Notes under the pieces: model-generated | Told to the model about the DNA's origin: nothing | Databases searched by the model: none | Seen by the model: the letters and a program-made list of their open reading frames with translations, nothing else | NCBI GenBank assembly: GCA_964016885.1 | Contig: OZ024761.1 | Coordinates: forward strand, 8,184,001-8,248,000 | Direction of reading: 5' to 3' | Length of the DNA: 64,000 nt | Origin: Eledone cirrhosa | Taxonomy: Eukaryota | Program-made: the position numbers and the translations under genes | Shown: positions 26,860 to 40,215 of the stretch, piece by piece | Position numbering within the stretch: the stretch's first letter is position 1 | Layout: each line of letters starts with the position of its first letter

Positions 26860-27930
26860 TATCATATAGAAATTCTCTAGGCAATGATATCATATAGATA
26901 TGATATAGACAATGATATCTTATAGACAATGATATCTTATAGATATGATATAGACAATGATATCTTATAGACAATGATATCTTATAGATATGATATAGAC
27001 AATGATATCATATAGATATACTATAGACAATATCATATAGATATACTATAGACAATATCATATAGATATACTATAGACAATGGCATCATATAGATATACT
27101 ATAGACAATGATATCATATAGATATTATATAGGCAATGATATCATATAGATATGCAATAGACAATGATATATAGATATACTATAGACAATGATATATAGA
27201 TATACTATAGACAATGATATATAGATATACTATAGACAATGATATATAAATATACTATAGACAATGATATGATATAAATATGCAATAGACAATGATATCA
27301 TATAGATATGATATAGACAATGGCATCATATAGATATACTATAGACAATGGCATCATATAGATATACTATAGACAATGATATATAGATATACTATAGACA
27401 ATGATATCACATAGATATACTATAGACAATGATATCATATAGATATGATATAGACAATCATATCATATAGATATGATATAGACAATGATATCATATAGAT
27501 ATACTATAAACAATGATATCATATAGATATGATATAGGCAATGATATCATATAGATATACTATAGACAATGATATTATATAGATATGATATAGACAATCA
27601 TATCATATAGATATAATATAGACAATGATATATCAATATACTATAAACAATGATATCATATAGATATGATATAGGCAATGATATCATATAGATATTACTA
27701 TAGACAATGATATTATATAGATATGATATAGACAATGATATCATATAGATATAATATAGATATAATATAGACAATGATATATCAATATACTATAAACAAT
27801 GATATCATATAGATATGATATAGGCAATGATATCATATAGATATGATATAGACAATGATATCATATAGATATGATATAGGCAATGATATCATATAGATAT
27901 GATATCATTTAGATATACAATAGACAATAT
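26860..27930. repeat. AT-rich about 29-bp minisatellite (tagacaatgatatcatatagatat)
   Basis: Direct inspection. Confidence 0.92.
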
Positions 27931-28001
27931 CACAAACAAGTGTCAAAATGAAAAACTTAGAAATTAATTAAGTTGAGAATATAATGAAAATTTAAACTTA
28001 C

Positions 28002-29048
28002 TGCTTAGTAATTTAATTCCTAATTTGTTGACCTGCCTATCTGAACTGCCAACTGTCAGGCTGTTGCGTATACTAGTATTAGTATTACTAGTATTAACAG
28101 TATTATTAGTATTATCTTCCTCTTTTTTACTAGTGTCAGCACCATCTCTGGTATTTTGTCTTGACTTTACAGTTTGGCAATCGTCTTTTACAATGGTAGT
28201 ATTGCTATTATAAACCACAGATGGATTTGATAATTGTGTGTCTGAAAGCTGTGAGGCTGCCGGATGTAAGCTCTTGTTAGAGTCTGTATATTGGCTTGAG
28301 GTGTTTGTTAATGTTTTGTCTTTATTATCTGTGAAAGATCCTGGAAGAATTTGTTTCTCCTCCTCTGCCCAGCCTGCAGTCGGGGGAAAAAACCTGTTGT
28401 CTGCAGCACACGGGGAAGAATAGCTGGGAGAAGACGACGAAGAAGACGTCGACGTTTTTGACACCATCATTCCCTCCGTTGTCGATGACGATGTCGTCGT
28501 CATCATCATCGTAAGTGCTGGAGTTGAAGAGAAAGCAGAAGGGAGGGAACTAGGTGGAATAACTTGGCACTGATTGTTATGCAGGTGGTTGCAGGTGTCT
28601 GAAACTGTAAGGTGGGTTCTTGAATTGATTTCTTGAACAGGCGACGAACCAGAGATGACAGCAGATGAAGCCAGAAAAGAAGGGGCCGTAATAGAAGTTG
28701 CATTGATGGTAGCAGCAGGGGCTGTTTCTGCTTCTATGAACACTTCCGCTGGAGAGGAACAACACGAGGACATAGAACAGCTGGGTGACGGTGTACTTCC
28801 AACCTGAGAGGCTTCCGTCAGGGAGCTTTTAGCCAGAGCATTCAGGGAATGGGTACGTATACGAGTCCAGGCAGCAGTTTGAAAACTCTTTGCATCCAGC
28901 CAAAAGCGAACATATTGGCTGGCATTCTGTGACTCCATGAAGCTGATGAAAGATGGAAGGGCCTCCTTATCATGGAGAATTTCTAGAAGAGTCTTGGAGA
29001 GCCGTGATGACGTCCTCATAGGTGATTCTATCTGAATGTTGCCTCTAC
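28002..29048 (-). CDS. AKAP10: AKAP10-like large exon: N-terminal half of RGS1 plus Ser/Thr-rich insert
   Basis: SRLSKTLLEILHDKEALPSFISFMESQNASQYVRFWLDAKSFQTAAWTRIRTHSLN resembles AKAP10 RGS1; tgtttcag acceptor, gtaagt donor; 1047 nt. Confidence 0.92.
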
Positions 29049-29125
29049 CTGAAACATAGAAAATGACACGAGAGATGTTTGTGAATAAAAACAGAAAATA
29101 TTGTCAACTCTGGAATAATTTTTAT

Positions 29126-29602
29126 CACCTGACAGGGACACACCTGAGAGAGAGGGACACACCTGAGAGAGGGAGGGACACACCTGAGAGAGGGAGGGAC
29201 ACACCTGAGAGACAGAGACACACCTGAGAGACAGAGACACACCTGAGAGACAGAGACACACCTGAGAAGGACCCATCTGAGAGGGAGGGTGGGACACACC
29301 TGAGAGAGACACACACGTGAGAGAGAGAGGGATACATCTGAGAGGGACACACCTGAGAGAGAGAGGGACACACCTGAGAGAGAAGGACACCTGAGAGGGA
29401 GGGACACACCTGAGAGAGAGGGACACACCTGAGAGAGAGAGTGGGACACACCTGAGAGAGACACACCCGAGAGGGAGGGTTGGACACACCTGAGAGAGAC
29501 ACACGTGAGAGAGAGGGACACACCTGAGAGGGAGAGGGACACACCTGAGACAGATACACACACCTGAGAGAGGGAGGGACAGAGACATACCTGAGAGAGA
29601 GA
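29126..29602 (-). repeat. Intronic repeat (ct)n-caggtgtgtccc
   Basis: About 20 copies of acacctgaga on the + strand. Confidence 0.9.
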
Positions 29603-29764
29603 GAGGGGAGAAATACAACTGAGTCAATAAGAAAAAAAAAGTAAAAGAAAGAAGAAAAAAAGAAGAAAAAGAAAAAGAAGCAAAGAAAAAGAAGACGACA
29701 ACAAAAAGAAGAACAAGAATAACAACAACAACAACAACAAGGGGAATGAATATAATTTACTGAC

Positions 29765-29857
29765 CTGTATCTGTAAGTTCTTTTATCAGCTCAGAATCTA
29801 GCAGCAAAGAGTGAGGTCGGTTTAACCTATTTGGTGTGAAACCAAATTCCTCAACAT
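29765..29857 (-). CDS. AKAP10: AKAP10-like exon (xVEEFGFTPNRLNRPHSLLLDSELIKELTDTG)
   Basis: ccatcttcag acceptor, gtcagt donor, 93 nt, phase 1-1, joins in frame to the large exon. Confidence 0.7.
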
Positions 29858-29871
29858 CTGAAGATGGAGCA

Positions 29872-30144
29872 AAAATATATAAATAAATATATAAATAAAT
29901 AAATATATAAATATATATATAATATATAAATAAATAAATATATAAATAATATATAAATAAATATATAAATTAATATATAAATTAATATATAAATAAATAA
30001 ATAAATATATAAATAAATATATAAATAATATATAAATAATATATAAATAATATATAATATATAAATAATATATAAATAAATATATAAATAAATATATAAA
30101 TAAATATATAAATAAATATATAAATAAATATATAAATAAATATA

Positions 30145-30176
<32 letters not shown>

Positions 30177-30665
30177 ATATAAATAATATATAAATAATAT
30201 ATAATATATGAATAATATATAAATAAATATATAAATAAATATATAAATAAATATATAAATATATAAATAATATATAAATAATATATAAATAATATATAAT
30301 ATATAAATAATATATAAATAATATATAAATAAATATATAAATAAATATATAAATAAATATATAAATAAATATATAAATAAATAAATATATAAATAAATAA
30401 ATAATATATAAATAATATATAAATAAATATATAAATAATATATAAATAAATAAATATATAAATAATATATAAATATATAAATAATATATAAATATATAAA
30501 TAATATATAAATAATATATAAATATATAAATAAATATATAAATAAATATATAAATAAATATATAAATAAATATATAAATAAATAAATATATAATTATATA
30601 TATCAATGAATAAATATATAAATAAATAAATAAAAATAAAAGAATAAATATACAATAAATAAAGA
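29872..30665. repeat. Nearly pure A/T low-complexity tract (ataaat/atat)
   Basis: Direct inspection. Confidence 0.95.
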
Positions 30666-30792
30666 AAACAGTAACAAGTGGTAAGGTTAAATGGTAAATA
30701 TTCCCTTTGATGACGAATGACCATGGGATTTGCACCTAGAAAGTTTCCAACCTCCTCTATAAAGTGATCCCTCCTGGAGCCACGACAAAAGA

Positions 30793-31590
30793 ACCCAGCC
30801 CACACTATAGTGGTTATGTAGGTGTCATGAACAAGTGAACGCCCAGTCCACACTGTAAAGTGGTCATGTAGGTGTCACAATAAAAAGCACCCACTCCACA
30901 GTGTAAAGTAGTCATGTAGGTGTCACAACGAAAAGCACCCAGGCTACACTGTAAAGTGATAATGTAGGTGTCACAACAAAAAGCAGCCAGTCCACACTGT
31001 AAAGTAGTCATGTAGGTGTCACAACAAAAAGCACCCACTCCACACTGTAAAGTGGTCATGTAGGTGTCACAACAAAAAGCACCCAGTCCACACTGTAAAG
31101 TAGTCATGTAGGTGTCACAACAAAAAGCACCCACTCCACACTGTAAAGTGATTGTATAGGTGTTACAACAAAAAGCACCCAGTCCACACTGTAAAGTGGT
31201 AATGTAGCTGTCACAAAAAAAAGCACCTAGGCCACACTGTAAAGTGGTTGTATAGGTGTCACAACAAAAAGCACCCAGTCCACACTGTAAAGTGGTCATG
31301 TAGGTGTCACAACAAAAAGCATCTAGTCCACACTGTAAAGTGGTTGTATAGGTGTCACAACAAAAAGCACCCAGTCCACACTGTAAAGTGGTCATGTAGG
31401 TGTCACAACAAAAGGCACCCAGTCCACACTGTAAATGTGGTTAGTGTTAGGAAGGGCATCCAGCCATAGAAACCAAGCCATAATCAGTTCTGTGTGAGCG
31501 AATCATGCCCCCCCCCATCTGATCCCTCACAAAGGGAAAGCCCGTCCTACCCATGCTAGCGTGGAAGATGGACGTTAAACAATGATGATG
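30793..31590 (+). mobile_element. Non-autonomous RTE-derived element with 48-bp VNTR, inverted relative to 25857-26793
   Basis: About 13 copies of gcacccagtccacactgtaaagtggtcatgtaggtgtcacaacaaaaa, then gttaggaagggcatccagc and tail ccatgctagcgtggaagatggacgttaaac. Confidence 0.85.
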
Positions 31591-31597
31591 AAAGCTC

Positions 31598-31980
31598 CCC
31601 CTCTGAGTCACAAGTCCAGGCAAAGTGTGTTTGTGAAGACCACCAATCACACATGCATACCAGCCTCTCCTCTCCACACCACAAATGTTGTCCACAGCTT
31701 GGCACCAGTGACATCACAACTAATATATACATTAAATACACTATGTATACACCATATACGCACCATACATGATGTTGTCCAAGGGAAAGGTTGGTATAGC
31801 TTGGTACCAGTGACATCACAACTAATATATACATTAAATACACTATGTATACACCATATATGCACCATACATGATGTTGTCCAAGGGAAAGGCAAAAGCT
31901 GGTATAACTTGGTACCAGTGACATCACAACTCATTTCTACAGCTGACTAAACTAGAGCAATGTGAAGTAAATGTCTTGCT
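31598..31980 (-). mobile_element. SINE family B body with internal duplication
   Basis: Homologous to 44070-44260. Confidence 0.7.
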
Positions 31981-32181
31981 TAACACTTTAGCATTTAAAC
32001 CGACCATATCTGGCCAGAAGTCTTTCACCTCTTTCTGTTCAAACCGACCGTAACTGGTCACTCATACTGATGTTAAGGTATTATTCATCAAAATGTCATA
32101 GATTCGATATTATGTGAGATAAAACCTTTATCATGAAAATACAATAGTAAATATAGAGTAATGTAAATGCTAAAGGGTTAA
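31980..32181. mobile_element. TTAA MITE copy
   Basis: ttaacactttagcattt ... aaatgctaaagggttaa. Confidence 0.75.
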
Positions 32182-32899
32182 GGACACAGTGGACTGGAGC
32201 AACATGAAATAAAGTGTCTTGCCCAAGGACACATGTCACCTGGTTCAAGAATCAAATTCACAACCTCACAATTGTAAGCCCAATGCTCTAACCACTAAGC
32301 CAGCTGTTTCAAAGACATGACAACTTCTCTAGCATTGGTGATATACATGATATATGCACCCAGTACACTCTGTAAAGTGGTTGGTGATAGGAAGGACATC
32401 TGGCTGTAGAAAACCTGCCTCAACAAAAAGAAGAAACCTTCAGCTGTGTCAAAGACATGAAAACCTCCCCAGTGCTAGGGGCACAATAAAATGCACCCGA
32501 TACAGTGCAGCAATGTATGAAAGCAGGATGAGGGGCCCCTGGCACATCAGAAACAGGTGCCACAATAAAATTCACCCAATAGAGTCTGAGGTGGGTGCCA
32601 TGATAAAATGCACTCAGTGGAGTGCAGTAATGTATGTAAGCAAGATGAGGGCCCATGGCTCGTTTGAAAAGGTGAAGTGAGATAATACACTCAGTATAGT
32701 CTGAGAGGGTGCCATGACAAAATACACCCGGAGCCCTTCGTAGAGTTCAAGTATGTATGCAAGCAAGAAGCAGGGCCCCAGCCTGTCTGTGAGGTCAGCA
32801 GCTTTGCTGAGTACTGAATTGGTCTCTGATGACCCGCCCAAGCCACTTGATAATATAAACACACAAAAACAAAATGGAAAAAAAAAAAGTATGACTCAC

Positions 32900-32986
32900 T
32901 GCAACGTCCATTGCGGGTGGTCGAACCGTTGGATGAATTCTTTCCATTGGAAAGGGGGGACGTCTCTCCAGCCCAACTCCTCCGAT
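32900..32986 (-). CDS. AKAP10: Putative upstream coding exon of AKAP10-like gene (xRRSWAGETSPLSNGKNSSNGSTTRNGRC)
   Basis: tttgttttaattag acceptor, gtgagt donor, 87 nt, open phase 1-1 frame matching the next exon; no recognisable homology. Confidence 0.55.
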
Positions 32987-33094
32987 CTAATTAAAACAAA
33001 CAAAACACTGTTCCATATTATATGTATCATCATCGTTTAACATCCACTTTCCCTGCTAGCAGGGAAAGTGGACAGGTCTACATAGACCAAGTCA

Positions 33095-33596
33095 GTTAAC
33101 AAAGAAGTTAACAAGAAGTTAATATATTAACAAAGAAGTTAACAAGAAGTTAATATATTAACAAAGAAGTTAACAAGAAGTTAATATATTAACAAAGAAG
33201 TTAACAAGAAGTTAATATATTAACAAAGAAGTTAACAAGAAGTTAATATATTAACAAAGAAGTTAACAAGAAGTTAATATATTAACAAAGAAGTTAATAT
33301 ATTAACAAAGAAGTTAACAAGAAGTTAATATATTAACAAAGAAGTTAACAAGAAGTTAATATATTAACAAAGAAGTTAAGAAGTTAATATATTAACAAAG
33401 AAGTTAACAAGAAGTTAATATATTAACAAAGAAGTTAACAAGAAGTTAATATATTAACAAAGAAGTTAACAAGAAGTTAATATATTAACAAAGAAGTTAA
33501 CAAGAAGTTAATATATTAACAAAGCAGTTAACAAGAAGTTAATATATTAACAAAGAAGTTAACAAGAAGTTAATATATTAACAAAGAAGTTAATAT
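33095..33596. repeat. 31-bp minisatellite (aacaaagaagttaacaagaagttaatatatt)
   Basis: About 16 units. Confidence 0.95.
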
Positions 33597-33832
33597 ATGT
33601 ATATATATATATATATACATTTATATATATATATACACACACATATATATATATACACATATATACATTTATATATATATACACACACACACATATATAT
33701 ATATACACATATATACATTTATATATATATACACACATATATATACACATATACATTTGAAAAAAAGAAAAAAATGACTTCACTTGTAGTGTTAAAAAAT
33801 TTTTGATTTAATTTTCTAATATTATAATATTA

Positions 33833-34713
33833 CTAGCTGACGTACTCTGCTTCGCCCAGGTAAACAGATGATAAGAGAAGACAGGTAAAAGAGAAAATGA
33901 CTGTATTGGATGTTTGTCTGGTTACAGTATGAGGCGAGTCCGTGGTGTCTGTGTGATACAAAAAACAGTAAACAAAATCTTCCAGATATACCAGATTCTT
34001 CGTTTACCGTTTGTGCATAGTATATGAACAATGCTAGGTGCTCCCACCTAGAATAGTGACCTCTAGGAGATGGTTCATCTTCTGCCTGACTGTAAACCAT
34101 GTATCATTGCATAGACATGGTTGTTCAACGTTTCTCAAAAGGATGATGGAAGTTCCAATCTTTTATATTATATGTACATATAGATATAGATAATTAATAT
34201 AAAAGATGTCCGTCAATGTAAAAAAAGGTCCCTATTCACTCCGTTCACAACACTGTGTATGTTAGACTGACAGACAGGCACAGACAGATAAACTGTGTGG
34301 CGATTGTGGGATGCCGCACGTACACACACATACACGCATGGAAATGCGCATACGCACGCAAACTTACACACATGCACACACTCACATGTTGATAGTTTTT
34401 ACTTTGTGGAACGCTGCATGCACGCACACACACACACAAACATATGCGCACGTACATACACACGCACACATGTTAATAGTTATTGCTTTCCTTCCCCTCT
34501 TATTTCCACACACACACACACACGTCTACACTGACACATATACATAGTGTTCACTTTGCCTCTCTCTCCCCTCTCACTCCCTCATTGGCATTATGCATAT
34601 TAATTTAAGTTTGGCGTTGTTGAGGTGGGCGGAGTCATTTGAAACCTATGATCCAATGATAATCGAGAATTATGACACACGGAATACTGACGTTGTTGAA
34701 ATTAATATATAGA
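33833..34713 (-). mobile_element. Non-autonomous Helitron-like element
   Basis: Minus strand begins A|TCtatatatt and ends ctgggcgaagcagagtacgtcagCTAG|T with a degenerate subterminal hairpin. Confidence 0.55.
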
Positions 34714-34947
34714 TAATAACGGACGAAAGTTCTTTGTTAACTTCGGTGGGAAGAATTTTAAAGATTCCTGGTTAACTTGGGTTGGAGAACTTTCTCGCAT
34801 TCATCTGTCTGTGGCGATTGTCAAACTGAGATCTCAGAGGCACATGGCTTAGTGGTGGATGGTGTCAGTGATGGTGATGGCAGTTGTTGTTGCTGCTGCT
34901 GTTGTTGTAGTTGTTGCTGCTGTGTTGAAATCTGGTCGCATCGAATG

Positions 34948-34999
<52 letters not shown>

Positions 35000-35040
35000 C
35001 ACATTGAACACAGAGAAAGGAGTTTAGCAACAGGTCTGTG

Positions 35041-35107
<67 letters not shown>

Positions 35108-35172
35108 CATATGTTGTAGTTGCTGCTGCTGCTGCTGTTGTTGTTGCTGTGTTGAAATCTGGTCGCATCGAC

Positions 35173-35224
<52 letters not shown>

Positions 35225-35478
35225 AGGATAACAAGGACGATTGATTACTCCTTCATTGCATTTATTGAAAGGTGACACGCGTTTCGCCACTGATCAGCTC
35301 AAGGTTCGATCTGTATTGATCCTACCCAACTCAATAATCGGCGGCTCGACGGACCCTTTAAAATGTTATCCTTTCAATATATTACACTCTGTATAGCTCT
35401 ACACCTCATCACAGAAGTGAACCTAAACATCGAGTGCTCTCCCGGGTGAACCTACAGTAACTCCTAGTTACACTCCCT

Positions 35479-35521
<43 letters not shown>

Positions 35522-35769
35522 AGTTTTATTTAAAATTGTTGGGTTACAACAAGTAAATATTTTATAACTGATATAAAGCACTCGACAAGTTTTGGCTTCC
35601 TACATAACGGTTGCTCAATATTTATGGTACGTCAAAATTATTTATAAAACTGTTTATATATTGTATTTTGTCTGAGGAAGGCATGCCATATTTTTGATAT
35701 GGTATCCCCGAAATATGTATAATGAAATAAATATGGTTTTATAAATATAGTTTCCATTTGTTTAATATC

Positions 35770-35814
<45 letters not shown>

Positions 35815-35857
35815 TACATATATATAGACACACACACATTCAACACAGGGAAAGGAG

Positions 35858-35900
<43 letters not shown>

Positions 35901-35901
35901 T

Positions 35902-35952
<51 letters not shown>

Positions 35953-36019
35953 TTGAACACAGGGAAAGGAGTTAGGAGTTTGTCAACAGGTCAGACATCT
36001 TAGTGTAGATAGGGTAATG

Positions 36020-36053
<34 letters not shown>

Positions 36054-36064
36054 GATATATATAT

Positions 36065-38222
36065 ATCATCATCATCAACGTTTAACGTCGTGTTCCACGC
36101 TTGCATGGGTTTGGACGGGGGTAGTCCCACTTGAGGCAAGAGTGATTGTCTTGCTCGCATAGGACTGTCTGGCAGGTTTTCTACAGTTGGATGCCCTTCC
36201 TAACACCAACCACATTTACAGTGTGGATCTGGGAGGTTTTTACTGTGTTGCCTACACGGCCACATTACAGCGTGAATTGTGTGTTTTTTTGTCGTGACAC
36301 CTACACGATCTCATTTGTTTCGGCCTGGATGGCGCGGCACCAACATAACTTTACATAGAACGGGGTGGTGTGGATGGGGTGGGGGTGGTGGCGGGACGGG
36401 GTGTATTTTGTTAGAGATGCCTACTGGCAAGGCGGGTCTTCTCTGTTACTGAGTACCGCCAAAGGTCTCGGTCCAGTGACATTGTCTTGGAGAGGTGCAA
36501 GTGTGTGAGGTCGGAGCTTATCAGCTCGTCCCAGGTTTTTCTAGGTCTGCCTATTCCGTGGCTACCGTCTATCTTTATTGCCCTGCACTTTGTTATACAG
36601 CTATCGACTTTCATGCGCATCACGTGTCCATACCAACGTAGCCTTCTCTCGAGTAAACAACATCTGATCCCTCTTATCTCTAATTTTTTCCTTAGTTCGT
36701 TTATGCTTTGCTGTTCACGTATATTACTGTTACACATCCAGCGGAGCATGCAAGCTTCGTTCCTCTCTAGTCTGCGTATATCCTCTGCACCCAATGCTCA
36801 GGTCTCACTGCCATGCAACATTGCTGTTCATATGCAGGCATCGTACAACCTGCCTTTCATTTTTAGGGAGAACCCTTTAGCAGCTAATAGTGGTATAAGC
36901 TCTCTGAACCTTTTCCAACCAGTTCTGACTCTAGCTACTGTACTTTCAGAGCACCCTCCCCCACTGCTGATTTTAATCGCCCAGGTAACGGAAGCTGTCC
37001 ACTATTTCTATAGAACCCTCTGCGCAATTGAAAGAGCTAGTATTTTGTGGGCACTTGCTGCTACTTATTGCACTAGAACACCGGCCACATGTAAAATCTA
37101 TGTTCTTAGTTAGCTTACCTGTGATCCCACTACATCTTTTATGCACCCATACTTTGCATTTAGGACATAAAATGGAGTTTCTACCTACGCCTTTCCTACA
37201 CACCGAGCACGACCATTTCCCAGAAGGGACCGCCGCCTTGTTTTCTTTCCTACAAACTAGAACTTTAGTCTTAGCCAGGTTAATTTTAAGTCCTTTTGAC
37301 TCTAGGCCGTGCTTCCATGTTTGGAATTTCTTCTCTAGCTCGGCCATTGATTCCGCTATGAGTGTCAGGTCGTCTGCGTATAGGAGTTCCCATGGGCAGC
37401 CGGTCTTGAACTCCTCTGTTATAGCCTGAAGGGCAATAATAAATAGTAGGGGGCTGAGAACAGAGCCCTGATGGACGCCAACTTTTACGCTAAACTCTTC
37501 ACTATATTCGTTGTTAATTCTAACCTTGCTGACCGTTTCTTTATACATGGCTTGTATAGCCCTCACAAGCCATTCGTCAACGCCTAGTTTTCTAAGAGCC
37601 CACCAGATAATGGAGCGGGGGACTCTGTCGACGGCTTTCTCCAAGTCGACAAAAGCTAAGTAGAGGGGTTTACCTTTAGCTAGGTACTTCTCCTGTAGTT
37701 GTCGTACTATGAAAAGAGCGTCTGTGGTACTTTTGCCTGACACAAACCCGAACTGCATTTCATCTAGGTCAATTCTCTCTCTGATTAGTTGCGCTATTAC
37801 TTTTTCCGTGACCTTCATGACCTGGTCGATTAATTTAATGCCTCTATAGTTACTCCTATCTAGGGCGTCTCCTTTACCCTTATAACAGTTAACGATGATG
37901 CTGCTATGCCAGTCCTTCGGAACAACCCCATTCTGTACGACTTGGTTAACTATGCGGGTGACCATGGTGTGTCCCACCGTGCCAGATGCCTTCAGCATCT
38001 CAGCAACTATTTCCGAAGGCCCAGCCGCCTTACCCGTCTTCATATCCTTGATTGCCTTACTTATTATACTCCCCTCGACTAACACTGCTGGTCCCTCTAT
38101 TGGATCGATATGGGGGAGACTGTCTTTCTCCGATTTATTCTCCTCATTTAGTAGCCTTTCATAGTGACACTTCCAAGCTACCTTCTTATCAGCGTCGGTG
38201 ATGGCAAGTATGCCATCATCGT
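36065..38222 (-). mobile_element. 5'-truncated RTE LINE family 2 (RT + Cys/His finger + long 3' UTR)
   Basis: AFVDLEKAVDRVPR, GVHQGSVLSPLLF, LLYADD; frameshifts near 36.8-37.0 kb; (atg)n tail. Confidence 0.95.
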
Positions 38223-38225
38223 TAA

Positions 38226-38269
<44 letters not shown>

Positions 38270-38552
38270 GATATGTGTATCGCTGAACAGATTTTACAGG
38301 CAGAAGCATCCTGGGCAAGATGGCTAGATAAGATTCATCAGTTGGATACACTTGCTTCTGATAAGACACACTGGAAGCAGTGTTTGAGGACTGTGACCCA
38401 ACAAATCCTCTCAGGAATAAGTGAGTGAAGACGAAGAAGACATATTTTGTTGTGCTCATAATTGTTTTGGCCTTAATACACTGGTTGCATGCCCTTCCTA
38501 ACACCAGTGCCACTTTACAGCATGGACTGGGTGCTTTTATTCGTGCCACCAG

Positions 38553-39086
38553 CACATATATATATACATATATATAAATATATACATATATATACATATA
38601 CATACATACATATACATATATACATATACATACATATACATACATACATATACATATACATACATACATATACATACATATACATATATACACATATATA
38701 CACATATACATATATACACATATATATATACATATATACACATATACACATATATATACATATATACACATACATATATATACATATATACACATACATA
38801 TATATACACATATATATACATATACATATATACACATATATATACATATACATATATACACATATATATACATATACATATATACACATATATATACATA
38901 TACATATACACACATATATATACATATACATATATATACATATATATACATATACATACATATACATATATATACATATATATACATATACATATATATA
39001 CATATACATATATATACATATACATATATATACATATACATATATATACATATATATACATATACATATACATATATATACATATA
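38553..39086. repeat. (TACATA/TA)n microsatellite; further tracts at 39695-40218 and 40833-40970
   Basis: Direct inspection. Confidence 0.95.
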
Positions 39087-39693
39087 TGGTGGCTGCCAAC
39101 TCGTTTTCGAGTACGGCCACTACTTTATATCCATATAGGAGAACCCCTACCGATGCGCTGAACGAGTGACATTTTAGTCCAGCCAGCGACTTGAAAACTC
39201 TGGTACAAACACTACACTTGTGACAAATATTGACACATAGTGCTGGGCCCATGGTACCCTGTGACGACAAGTGCAGAGAGATCTCCAGATATAAAGCAAT
39301 GCCTGTGCCGTGAAGCTTTTATAGTGAGCAAAGGCACTGCACAAAGCCAGTCCCACTCTCTTAACCAAGATGATATTTACCAAAAAGAAGAACAAGTCAA
39401 CATCATTGGATACCATCAGGGTTGCAGGTGTTATATCAGAGTTTTCCATCTCCTAGAATTCTGCCTTGACAAAGGCTAAGGGGTCATCTCTCCCGGTGAT
39501 TTTGGATGGCCATTGACTCTTAAGAGCTCCTTTGCCCTTTGACAGGTTTTGTTTTTAGTCCTGCAGGATGTCCAAAGTCACCCTCCTCACCAAGAAACCT
39601 TGGTGGGGTTGCCAGTTTAGTCGCCAACGACCCGACCATGGGTCAGGTTGTACTGGGATACATGTTACCAGTAGCACCAACTGGTGACCTGAC
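39085..39693 (-). mobile_element. Internally deleted (bipartite) RTE element, copy 1
   Basis: 5'-UTR-like ctaggagatggaaaactctga joined to C-terminal [15 protein letters not shown] finger and ctcgaaaacgag stem-loop tail. Confidence 0.7.
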
Positions 39694-40215
39694 ATAAATA
39701 TACATATATACACATATATATACATATATACACATATATATACATATATACACATATATATACATATATACACATATACACATATATATACATATATACA
39801 CATATATATAGATATACATATATACACATATATATACATATACATATATACACATATATATACATATATATACATATATATACATATACATATATATACA
39901 TATATATACATATACATATATATACATATATATACATATACATATATATACATATATATACATATACATATATATACATATATATACATATACATATACA
40001 TATACATATATATATACATATACATATATATACATATATATATATACATATACATATACACATATACATACATATACATACATATACATATACATATATA
40101 TATACATATACATATATATACATATACATATACATATATATACATATACATATATATACATATACATATATATATACATATACATATATATATATACATA
40201 TACATATATATATAC

